64,000 bases of DNA from Oikopleura dioica (taxonomy: Eukaryota; Animalia; Chordata): assembly GCA_907165135.1 (NCBI GenBank), contig OU015566.1, forward strand, positions 4,836,001 through 4,900,000. Direction: 5' to 3'. Below, one piece after another: positions 1-9,929 of the stretch (position 1 is the first letter of the stretch; every line of letters starts with the position of its first letter). Made by a program: the position numbers and the translations under genes. The notes under the pieces were generated by a model. It ran no database searches and had not been told where the DNA came from. It saw only the letters and a program-made list of their open reading frames with translations.

Positions 1-170
1 TCTAACGCTGTCAGTCAGTTATACAGTCATTCAATTACTATATACAAACTGTCCACTTACACACAAGCAAATACAACAATAGAACCGGAAACAGTCAGTT
101 GATCCCTTTTTACAGACCCAAGCAGCTCAGGCATCATCCAGACAGAACATTAAGAGAAGGACACTATCTA
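1..170 (+). repeat. 5' LTR (3' part only)
   Basis: Identical base for base to 10911-11080. Confidence 0.97.
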
Positions 171-173
171 TCT

Positions 174-187
174 TGGTGACTGAAGAG
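174..187 (+). promoter_or_regulatory. Putative primer-binding site
   Basis: TGGTGACTGAAGAG begins 3 nt after the LTR end; TGGTGAC is complementary to the 3' end of eukaryotic tRNA-Trp, but only over 7 nt. Confidence 0.55.
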
Positions 188-212
188 AAGAGAAACGAAC
201 CTACGTGCAACG

Positions 213-2009
213 ATGAAGGAGAAAACCTTGCTGTCAAGCACAAGGATAGAAAATAACGAAAGTACCTACAACATAATTAATACAATAAAAATCAAACCAA
301 CGACAATTCCAGAAAGACACATTATCCATCTATGCAAAGCACTAAAAATTAAAAATGCGGATCAAAATGTGGAAGGATACAAAAAATACTTCAAGAAAAG
401 ATTTTCGTCCAATACGAAAATACAAGTTCATGCGATCGCGGCGGTGTTCACACTAAAGGAAATAAGTGAAGAAGAAACAGACGAGATTTACTGCGTTCTC
501 ACATGTCCAACAATCGACTGGTTGAAAAAGCATACAGAAGAGAAAATTTATGATTGGAGCGAAGTAGTGGAACACGCTAAAGAAAACGTATCAACTATAA
601 AAGCCTTTAATGAAGAGACCAAATGTGACTCAAGAGCCCTGAAAAACCACATGAACATTCTTTGGAACAAGCGTAAGCACCCAGAAGAAATAAGCAACTT
701 CAAATTTTTTGACGAAGAAGAAGAATATGATGAAGAACAAGAAATATCAGTTGTCCAAGAAGAAGACGAAGAAGGAGAAGAAATGAAGGTCGAAGCAGAA
801 GAAGAGCAAAACCAGTCATCAGCAAGTGGAAGAGTTAAAAAAGCGATAAATAAAATAGGAAGTAATTTGAAGAATCTAACTAGTATGCAACAATCAACAT
901 CAGACAGTGAAACAGACTATACAAGCGAAGAAAGCGATGATGACCCGTCAACCATCGAAGGAGAACAAGTAAATAACATCGACACAGAGGGAAATTCAAA
1001 AGGAAATATTAAAGATATTAGACTGACGAAATTCACTCAGAACGATGAGATTGATTACCTACCAAACTGGTACAAATCAAGCTTATTTCAAATACGACTT
1101 TACACTAAAGAAAAACTTGAAGAAGAAAGAATCAGTAGCATCCTTTTGTCAGCAATTGACAACAGAGGAGTTAAGGAAAGTCTCATATCACTCCTGACGG
1201 ATTACCAGGAAAAACATCACAAAATAACCCTGAAAAGGTTCAAAAGTGCTATCGACACCATAACAAGGAAAAGCTCTGAAGCACGAATGCGCGACATCGA
1301 AAATACAGTATTCAATCCACACAAAGACACGCCAAGAGGATTCTACAAGAACATGGAAATGAAATGCTTGAAACTATTCCCAGACGAAAGAGCCGTCAGA
1401 AGCTACGTTGATATGAACTTTAAGAAGAAAATTACGACAGATCGCGTATTTGCGCAACTCAGCTCAAACCTTTCCGGTGAACAACTGATCAAAAGCGCCG
1501 AAGACTTCCTGTCTCATTCAAACATCGACCAAGTGAACAATCTGATTGAAAGGCACAATAAAAATCGTAAAACCGGCAACCAATATTACAACAATCGACA
1601 GGAAGGAAAGAATTCCACACAAGACAGGAAGCCACACAATAGTTATCCGAATAATAGGGGCGGATATCAAGGAAGGAAGCCGGAAAGAAAGTTCTATGAC
1701 AACCAGAGGAAGTTCGACAACAACGGAGAGCAAAACCATAGCAACACGAGGAAATGGGAGAAGAAAGGTAGTCAGGGCTACAATGTACAGAATTACAACA
1801 AGCAAGAAAATAAAAAGGAGACTTTTGAGCCAAGAACTAAAAATCGAGGTTACCAAAACAACCGAAATCCGAGATACAACCAACAGCAACGTGAAATATC
1901 ATGCTATAACTGTGGAGGCAATCATCCTGTGAGGATCTGTCCAGCATTGAGACAATACAACCAGGACAACCATCGAGGAAACTCAAGAGATGACCGAAAC
2001 AGCTCCTAG
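213..2009 (+). CDS. gag: Gag polyprotein, 598 aa, with an acidic tract, an N/R/G-rich region and a C-terminal zinc knuckle
   Basis: First long ORF after the PBS; CYNCGGNHPVRIC knuckle near the C-terminus. Confidence 0.9.
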   Translation: MKEKTLLSSTRIENNESTYNIINTIKIKPTTIPERHIIHLCKALKIKNADQNVEGYKKYFKKRFSSNTKIQVHAIAAVFTLKEISEEETDEIYCVLTCPTIDWLKKHTEEKIYDWSEVVEHAKENVSTIKAFNEETKCDSRALKNHMNILWNKRKHPEEISNFKFFDEEEEYDEEQEISVVQEEDEEGEEMKVEAEEEQNQSSASGRVKKAINKIGSNLKNLTSMQQSTSDSETDYTSEESDDDPSTIEGEQVNNIDTEGNSKGNIKDIRLTKFTQNDEIDYLPNWYKSSLFQIRLYTKEKLEEERISSILLSAIDNRGVKESLISLLTDYQEKHHKITLKRFKSAIDTITRKSSEARMRDIENTVFNPHKDTPRGFYKNMEMKCLKLFPDERAVRSYVDMNFKKKITTDRVFAQLSSNLSGEQLIKSAEDFLSHSNIDQVNNLIERHNKNRKTGNQYYNNRQEGKNSTQDRKPHNSYPNNRGGYQGRKPERKFYDNQRKFDNNGEQNHSNTRKWEKKGSQGYNVQNYNKQENKKETFEPRTKNRGYQNNRNPRYNQQQREISCYNCGGNHPVRICPALRQYNQDNHRGNSRDDRNSS

Positions 2010-5000
2010 AAATCAAGGACTACCAGTTATCGGTATAATCATAAAACTTAATCAAAATGTAAATATAAATGTAAACGCTTTGCTTGACTCTGGATCATCA
2101 CTTAATTTAATAAAAAGAAGAAACATAGGTCACAGTTCAATAACAAACTCATGTGAAAAATTCATAATTAAAGGAGGAGATGGAAAAATCTTAGATAAAA
2201 TATCAGATCACATTACGCCTAATATTTATTTCCCGTGCTTGGATCTAGAAGTACCAGAGGCGAAACTATTTCTTACAGACGCCAACTTGAATTTCGACTG
2301 TATATTAGGTTACCCATTAATAAGGATGTTGGACATTAACTTTTCGAGAATAAATATTGAACTCAATCCACTAGAGATTAACGAGATAACAGAAATAGTA
2401 GAAATAGATACCATCGTAGTAAAAACCACTCGAAGAAAGAATAAGAACGAAATAACTAACAAGACCTCAGTAATCATAGGTCCAAAAGAAAGTTTTTCCC
2501 TGAAAATAAATGAAAACATAAAAGGTGAGGTACTTATCGACAAAAGCAAAGATATGGAAAAATGCGGAATACAATTCGATGTACTTAATGGAGAAAGCAA
2601 AACATTATATGGAATAAATGAAAGCTGGAAATCGATAATCATTGAAGAAAAAACTATTCTTGGAGAAATCGCAGAAAATAATTCAACATTGGAAACAATT
2701 AACACTCTCATAAGAGCAGACATGTTATCAAGACCGGAACTAGAACAACACTCAAGAGAATACGAGTCATGGAAGAGACAAAGGACAAATCTGATAAGGC
2801 AAAATAACATGGCAACACTTATAGAATCAAAAATTAGAGAAGCAGAAGTTGAAGAGGAAATAAAAGAAGAAATTCTGGAGAAAACGAGAAAATACCATCC
2901 TGTGTTCGCGAGACAAGAGAATGATGTGGGATTCAACAAAAACTATTTGATAAAGCTAGAATTCAATGAGAACATGGAAAATAGACGTCCAGAATCAAGA
3001 AGACCTTACAAATTCCCAAATAACGAGGAGTCCCAAATTATGGATTTTCTTGAGAAATTGGTAAAGAGCGGCGTACTCGAACACAGCAACAGTTCATGGA
3101 CATCACCATCGATGATCATAAAGAAAAAGAACAACAAATATCGATTGGTCACGAACTTCAGATTATGGCTAAACCCACTGTTAAACGTCCCTCAATGGCC
3201 GATACGAAGCATTCGAAGCCTATTTCATAGCATCGCGATAAATATTGGAGATCTTCAACGCGCGCACCCGAAATCACCAATCAAATTTATCAGTGTAGAT
3301 ATGAAGTCGGGTTACTTTACCCTTGCAATCGCTCCAGAAGACCGCAAATACACAGCATTTCCGACACCAAAGAAACTACTTCAATACAAAAAGTGCTCAC
3401 AAGGACTTTCAATAGCACCAGCATGCTTTAGTCAATTCATCCATGAAGTCTACGAGCTACCAAGACGATTTGAAAATGACTTTCGAATAGAAACTTATCT
3501 GGATGACGTCATTCTCATTGCAGTTGAAAAAACACTTGGATTAGCTGTGGAATGGCTTCTCAAAACAACTTTGGACAACGACATCATCTTGGATATACAC
3601 AAATGCAAATTTGGAACGAACGAAGTAGAATTCTTAGGATTTCGACTAAATAGTGAAGGAATAAAACCGATCAAATCAAAATACGAAGGACTTATCAAAT
3701 TAGAAACGCCGAAAACACAAAAAGATTTGCAGAAGTATTTGGGATCTGTGCAATTCTACGCAAGAGTCATACCAAGAGCAATGAATATTCTAAAACCCCT
3801 AATGGATGAAGTTTCGAACAAGAAATTCAAAGGATCTGAAAAAGTCAACACAGCGGTAGAAAAATTGAAACAAAACATCAGAAATTCAAATCAACTCTTT
3901 CATGCATTACCTCAAATAGGAGAATCATACATTATAGCCGTCGACAGTTCACTAACTGGCTATGGTTGCATGTACGGACTAGCAGAAGTCAATGACGAAG
4001 AAGTTAAAAAAATAAAGCCAATTGCTTATGGATCGGGAGCTTTTGCAAAACACTTACAACTAGACTCATCGAGGAACAGGGAAATGGTCGGACTGATGAA
4101 AGCACTTACGTACTTCAAAGATCTTATCGATACAAGGAGGAAACTTTACGCGTTTGTCGACCATAAATCACTTATGACATTGGAAAATAACGAGACAGCA
4201 AAGAAAGAACCGGTAACGAGAGTTCGCAAGGCACTCGCGTGCATTATGGAAATGCCAAATCTAGAAATTAGATATGTATCAGCAAAAAGCAGCCTTATCA
4301 ACTGCGTGGATGGACTTAGCAGAGCAATCACAAACACATCGACGTTCGAAGCAGCAGATATAACAAAATGGGCAAATGCGGTACTACCAGAAGAGAAGCT
4401 AAATAATATTAAAATACTGGAAGATGTCAAACTCAAACATCCAAGTACTATTTCATTCACGAAAGAAGAAATAAAAGCAGCACAGGAACAAGATGGATTC
4501 TGCATTGATGTACGCAGAAAATCAAATGGAAAACTCATATGGGAAATAGGAGAAGCCCAATACGAAAACATCGATGGAATATTACACAAAATCTTCCCAA
4601 ATAAGGAAACTAAAATCATTCTACCAAAAGAACAAGCATTCATAACACTTACAACATTTCACTACAGTTTTGGACACAGTAGTGAAAAACCACTTAACAA
4701 GTTGCTCACAAAAAACAAAATTCATGTCCATAAAAAATCAAAAATAATGAGGCAAATCGTTCAAAATTGTTTTATATGCCAAATGCGGAAAAGGCGAACG
4801 CCACAACTTTCGAGTAGAAAAACGATTCCATCAATTAGGCCATTTCAAGAAATTTGCATAGATATTATTGTTCTAAAAAGAAACTCGGACGTACCATTTG
4901 CGCTGAGTCTACTAGATAAATTCACGGAACTTTTCGATGCAATTCCAATACAAGATAAAACAACACATAGCGTTAAAAAGGCCATGCTTATCTTCATATT

Positions 5001-6135
5001 TCGTTATTGCCTAGGAGAAGGGACGAAAGTCCTAACGGACAATGGTCCAGAATTTCGAGCAGAATTTAGACAATTTTTGAAGCAACACCACATTTATCAT
5101 AGCACAATCACACCTTTAAATGCACCAGGAAATGCAGTAGAAAGAACTCACAAACCTTTTCGAAAACACATACTAGCAACACAGAAACTAGCAGAAGAAG
5201 AAGGATTCAATGACGTGGAGCATTTGAACCTTGCGATTGGAAGTCTAAACTCGAAGCCGAAAGAAAATCTCAAATGGGCAACACCTATGGAAATACTAAC
5301 AAACATCACGCCTCACCACATTCTATCGTTCGGAACAAATTTAGACTTGGAGAAAAAATATTCTGACTTGAGCGATGATGATCGGCAAAAAGCAAGAGAA
5401 ATATGGAACCGCAACTTAATGAAGTATCACATGGAAGTAGGCAATGACAAATATATAAAGTACATCGAAAATCAAGGAACTATCAACAAAGATGAAATAA
5501 AAAGAGGACAAGTCGTTGTCACCATGGACTACAGCCCGTTAGGACACGGTCAGAAGACAACTGGACCTTACTTTTGCCATGAAAATAATAGAGGATCTGT
5601 AAAGTTAGAAAATCTTCTAACTGGACAGAAGATCTTCAGAAATGAGAAAATGCTAAGACGACTAAAGCTGAATAAGGAAACAGAAGAGAAACTAAAAGAA
5701 GTTGGACTACTAAAAGATGAATTTGGAATACCATTACCAATCCAAAAGATAACAGAAGAAGATGAAAACAACAAAGAAGGATATACTCCGAAATTCCTCG
5801 AAATCGACTCAGAAACATCGGAAGACGAAGAAAATCACCATGGAAATCAGGAAGCAACTCCAGACAAGGACAATATTCAAGAAGTGAGACGAATGGAAAA
5901 GGAACAAACATCAGGAAGTACGACAAAAAAGTCAATGACAATGGAACAAGGAAGCGTAACTCAGCAACCAAACGGAAAAGCTAATAGAAACACCGAGTTA
6001 CAAGCAGACAGCAGCCAGTTTAAATCATTGATAGATATCATCAATCAGAAAAATAAAGAGGGAGAGAGACCTTATACAAGAGAACATCCAAGGAGAGGAA
6101 AAAGGCAGAGAAAGATAGTTAACTACAAACAATGA
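1990..6135 (+). CDS. pol: Pol polyprotein, 1381 aa: protease, reverse transcriptase, RNase H, integrase
   Basis: LLDSGSS; VDMKSGYF and YLDD; IAVDSS/REMVG/VDHKSL/DGLSR; HYSFGH..CFIC with IDII/TDNGPEF/VERTHK; GPYF module; no internal stop. Confidence 0.98.
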   Translation: MTETAPRNQGLPVIGIIIKLNQNVNINVNALLDSGSSLNLIKRRNIGHSSITNSCEKFIIKGGDGKILDKISDHITPNIYFPCLDLEVPEAKLFLTDANLNFDCILGYPLIRMLDINFSRINIELNPLEINEITEIVEIDTIVVKTTRRKNKNEITNKTSVIIGPKESFSLKINENIKGEVLIDKSKDMEKCGIQFDVLNGESKTLYGINESWKSIIIEEKTILGEIAENNSTLETINTLIRADMLSRPELEQHSREYESWKRQRTNLIRQNNMATLIESKIREAEVEEEIKEEILEKTRKYHPVFARQENDVGFNKNYLIKLEFNENMENRRPESRRPYKFPNNEESQIMDFLEKLVKSGVLEHSNSSWTSPSMIIKKKNNKYRLVTNFRLWLNPLLNVPQWPIRSIRSLFHSIAINIGDLQRAHPKSPIKFISVDMKSGYFTLAIAPEDRKYTAFPTPKKLLQYKKCSQGLSIAPACFSQFIHEVYELPRRFENDFRIETYLDDVILIAVEKTLGLAVEWLLKTTLDNDIILDIHKCKFGTNEVEFLGFRLNSEGIKPIKSKYEGLIKLETPKTQKDLQKYLGSVQFYARVIPRAMNILKPLMDEVSNKKFKGSEKVNTAVEKLKQNIRNSNQLFHALPQIGESYIIAVDSSLTGYGCMYGLAEVNDEEVKKIKPIAYGSGAFAKHLQLDSSRNREMVGLMKALTYFKDLIDTRRKLYAFVDHKSLMTLENNETAKKEPVTRVRKALACIMEMPNLEIRYVSAKSSLINCVDGLSRAITNTSTFEAADITKWANAVLPEEKLNNIKILEDVKLKHPSTISFTKEEIKAAQEQDGFCIDVRRKSNGKLIWEIGEAQYENIDGILHKIFPNKETKIILPKEQAFITLTTFHYSFGHSSEKPLNKLLTKNKIHVHKKSKIMRQIVQNCFICQMRKRRTPQLSSRKTIPSIRPFQEICIDIIVLKRNSDVPFALSLLDKFTELFDAIPIQDKTTHSVKKAMLIFIFRYCLGEGTKVLTDNGPEFRAEFRQFLKQHHIYHSTITPLNAPGNAVERTHKPFRKHILATQKLAEEEGFNDVEHLNLAIGSLNSKPKENLKWATPMEILTNITPHHILSFGTNLDLEKKYSDLSDDDRQKAREIWNRNLMKYHMEVGNDKYIKYIENQGTINKDEIKRGQVVVTMDYSPLGHGQKTTGPYFCHENNRGSVKLENLLTGQKIFRNEKMLRRLKLNKETEEKLKEVGLLKDEFGIPLPIQKITEEDENNKEGYTPKFLEIDSETSEDEENHHGNQEATPDKDNIQEVRRMEKEQTSGSTTKKSMTMEQGSVTQQPNGKANRNTELQADSSQFKSLIDIINQKNKEGERPYTREHPRRGKRQRKIVNYKQ

Positions 6136-8562
6136 AAATAATAATACTACAACTCATCTTATGTATTCCCATAAATGCATTTTATAATAACGCGACATAT
6201 ACCCTTGTAGAACCCATAGACAAAAATCTAATTATAGAAATTGACTCGAAAACTACAGAAGTAAATCTTCACATAGAGTTCCCACATGTATCAGAACCAG
6301 ACATTAAAAGCTGCCTCAAAGACCCTGAAGATTACAAATCAATCAACGTTCTCATAGCCCACGGTATCATAGACAGACTGCGAAACAACAAGAATTATTT
6401 TACGTGCGAAAACTACCACTGCAACGACCTTCACGCGAAGCACGAAGGACTTCAAGCAAAAGGACTTCAAAAATTTAACACATTCCTTGAAAATACAAAT
6501 TTACAACATGATGAAGAAGTTTACGGAAGAAGCAGCCCAAAACCAACAGCAGAACCACCAAAATTGCCAGAAATACAATACGAAGATGGCTCAATAGAAA
6601 CTGTCAAACAAGATGACAGAAATCCATTAATTTCACTACCCTACACACTCAGAGGAACTGAAGTAAATAATACGATAGAAACGATAATCACAAACTACTT
6701 ACCAGCAGGAAGGACTTACAATTTTGGTTACAGACTAATACGAAGAAATCTGAAATGGACACCATTCAACTCCGTCAACAATGTGACAACACACAACATC
6801 TTTAAGGAATATGTGTTGAACTCGGGAAAAAGCGATTTAGAAAAAATAGGACTTCAATGCAAACCAACAAATGTCTTTTGGATGGTAGTAAAAAACAAAA
6901 TGCTTATCGAAGAGGTGGGTATCCATATGAGTATGAACGACGAAGAAAGAGCCTGGCTCAACACTGAAGAAGGCCACGATTGGCTTGAAAACAATCTCGA
7001 GTATAATATCAAAGTAATTTACTTATCGGACGAAGAAAAAGAAGCAATGGAAGAAGACTACATAGATACGGCCATGTATGGGAAACACTGCACAGTAATG
7101 GCATATGACTACTTCAGCATTACATGCCCGCTTCCCCACGAACCAATGAGCAAACAGAACATGTACTTTGTAGTACATATAGAATTGTCAGAAGAAGCTT
7201 GCAATATTTTCCAGAATTATCTCCAAAAAGAAGGCCTCCCAACATATCAGCTCACTACCCATTGGGGATGGTATTCAATCGACCCTAAAGCTATAAATGC
7301 ACGAAGACGTGGCAAACGACAAGCAGTAGCAGTTGCATCAGGACTAATAGGAGGACTTATAATGGAACACTTATACCGAGGTTCACTTAAACAAAAAGAA
7401 GAGGAAGAAATTAGAAGTATGGAGAAAGACATAGAGCATATCAAAAGTAACACAATTGCCATCGAAACTGTCATCGCTGAAGAAACATGTAAGCTAGAAT
7501 CACAAATAATAGAATCAACAATTAGTCAAATAGTAAATGCAAATGTTGAAAAATTCTTAATGAGGATAAATCAGCTAATAGATATAAGCGACACAACAAT
7601 TCTGAACGCTTTTCTAAATAAATGTAAAAAATTGAATTCGGCAAAAAATTACATAACAACGAGCTGTTTATATCTATTTAACAAAAATCGAGTTCAATTA
7701 ATCGGAATTTTCAAAGATGCAGAAATAGCGTATAAATTAGTTTTTCGATACTTCATGCAGATTCCATTAGCTGAAAAAAAGTTCATTCCTACCAATTCGT
7801 ATGAACGTTGCACCGAAATTAGAGAATAATAATGATTATCTGATGCCGAAAATTCCAGAATTTTTATTTTTAAATCAAGAAATAATGGAAATAATCACAG
7901 CAAAGCACTGCTCCGAATCAACAAATATAATATCATGTAAGCTTACAAATTTAAACAATGATTCACATGAAAGAATTTGCGCTCGAGCTCTGATTAACTC
8001 CAAAAGTGATCTTCCAATAACATGCTACCCACTAACAATCAAAGGACAGCAAGACACTTGTTACATATCTCTTGCGAAAAGAGGTATATTAATCAGCACA
8101 CACAAAGAATCAAAGATCATTCTAAAAGAAAATGATATCGCAAATGAATTACAGCTGTTTAAAGGTCGAAATTTCATAAGCGCGGATAAAATAAGGGGCG
8201 AAGAAATTTTAGTAGACTGTTATCCCTCCTTATTCTTGCCCGCTAGCTTATTTGAGAAACAAAAACCTACCAACATTAATATCACAGTTACACCCGTTGA
8301 ATTTGGAAAAAACTTTTTTAACCAAGACGATCAAATTTTACCTTTATTTAATAACAAAGTCATGAACATGATACCATCTCAGCATCACTCAAAAATAAAA
8401 TATTATTTTGGAAAAATTGAAAAGGCTACTACTATCATCATTATACTTATCATTATATTAACCCTACTAAAAAACCTCCTGAAATGCTGTTTAACTTCTA
8501 CAAATAAACTCACAGGACTAGGAACTAGATCACGCTCTAGAAAAGCGAAGATAAAATTTTAA
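6132..8562 (+). CDS. env: Envelope / class I fusion glycoprotein, about 809 aa if one A is removed from the A7 run at 7774-7780; split into two ORFs as given
   Basis: Signal peptide MKIIILQLILCIPINA, furin site RRRGKR ending at 7319, fusion peptide QAVAVASGLIGGLIM, heptad repeat, Cys-rich region, N-glycosylation sequons, and a TM helix (TTIIIILIIILTLL) with a basic tail in the second ORF. Confidence 0.9.
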
Positions 8563-8884
8563 TACAGTCACACAAAGAAAGCAAAAGATGTTCCGATAAG
8601 AAGAACCACTATAACTACTTTCTTTGAAAAAAAAAAAAAAAAAGATGCCGAAAGGCCAAAATACTGTAACCCTGCTAACACACTGTAAATCGCCATCTAC
8701 TCATTAGTAACCACCAGAATAACTACAGTAATACCCTTGATATTTACCTGAAAATCAGAATTCTCCACAAATTTCACATTGCTTATCTCACGTTAATTAC
8801 AGTAATTAACACATTATTACAGTCGTACCTATCATGTCACTCATACTTAGCTATGCTTAATGCAAAAAAGTACTGTACCAAGAA

Positions 8885-9385
8885 TTACACTTCTCTAACC
8901 TCACACGAATTACAGTAACAACTACCTACCCATTCAATGCTTACCCATTCTAAATCAGTACTGTTAACCTTCAAATGCATAAATTTATTTTTCCTGCAAA
9001 TAACTGTAAAACACAAGTTCAAAAATATTCTATATTCTACGAAAAAAACAAAAGAAACAGAGGGCTTAGAAGTAGACTGAAAGCTGGCGAAACAAGTCAG
9101 AAGAAGCGACGTAATTACAGAATCCGCCAAACCATAGGGACAGACTCGATACCGGCGGGAATAGGACCCATCTTCGTTGTGCGTCAATACCTCTGCAATC
9201 ACAAAAGATTCGTGATAGTCATCCCAACAGAAGACTGCCTCCAAAAAGCAAATCACCTCATCCGCCGACGAGATGCCCCCAAGAATGGTAAATCCAGTGG
9301 CCCGGAACGAACTGCGAATATCGACCTCTTGCTGATTACGCGGGATCTCGAACTCGAAAAATTTGCGCAAAAGTTCTCTTTGCAT
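8885..9385 (-). CDS. Putative antisense accessory ORF of the element, 166 aa, orphan
   Basis: ATG start; balanced, globular-looking first ~90 aa; TATTTAAA about 66 nt upstream on the minus strand. Confidence 0.55.
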   Translation of the reverse strand: MQRELLRKFFEFEIPRNQQEVDIRSSFRATGFTILGGISSADEVICFLEAVFCWDDYHESFVIAEVLTHNEDGSYSRRYRVCPYGLADSVITSLLLTCFASFQSTSKPSVSFVFFVEYRIFLNLCFTVICRKNKFMHLKVNSTDLEWVSIEWVGSCYCNSCEVREV

Positions 9386-9451
9386 AATGGTTTCAAAATT
9401 TCAACAAATTTTTAAACTTCAAAATTTGATGAATCGACAGATTTTGATCAC

Positions 9452-9863
9452 TTTAAATACAGTCGGCGTTGCTAGGCGGACTGATGAGAGCGGCCACCGA
9501 GCAATGGAACAATGGAAACACCTGGAAACAGAACGGAAGAAGTCTTGACGATAAATGGAGAAGTCAACACCGGAACGGAACCAAAGCGGATGTCACCACC
9601 TGGAAACGGAGCAACGACGAACAATGGGAAACGGAAATCTGCGCGGCGACGACGAACAATGGAAAAAGGAAATCGACGCAACGACGATGGACAATTGAAG
9701 CGGAAATCGGAAATCGACGATAGCAACCAACTGCGGAAAAAGCGCGGCGATCAACAATCAACGAAGGAAGGGAAATCAAGAACAATTCAACAGGAAATCA
9801 CGAATGAAAAGAAGAACTACAGTCTGCCATGGAAACAAAGTCAATACAAGTATATATATATAA
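9452..9863. promoter_or_regulatory. Putative bidirectional internal promoter/enhancer between the two accessory ORFs
   Basis: Outward-facing TATA-like elements at both ends; repeated AACAATGG, CGGAAATC and CACCTGGAAAC motifs inside. Confidence 0.4.
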
Positions 9864-9929
9864 CGGTTGAAGCCACGATACTGCTCAGAAGAAGAAATCA
9901 GTTCAAAGTTTTTCAGAAATAACAAAAAG

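Noticed and set aside
1489-5971. Minus-strand and alternate-frame ORFs over gag/pol (1489-1833, 1518-1889, 1546-1932, 2310-2939, 4146-4643, 5636-5971)
   Set aside because: Expected shadows of an A-rich coding strand; no independent signals or motifs.
8627-8643. A17 tract as the tail of an inserted LINE/SINE or processed mRNA
   Set aside because: No flanking TSD or recognisable element body; kept only as part of the cassette description.
9469-9922. ORFs across the GC-richer spacer (9469-9723, 9472-9726, 9512-9922, 9564-9785)
   Set aside because: Low-complexity products in several frames at once, typical of a repeated stop-poor region; treated as regulatory.
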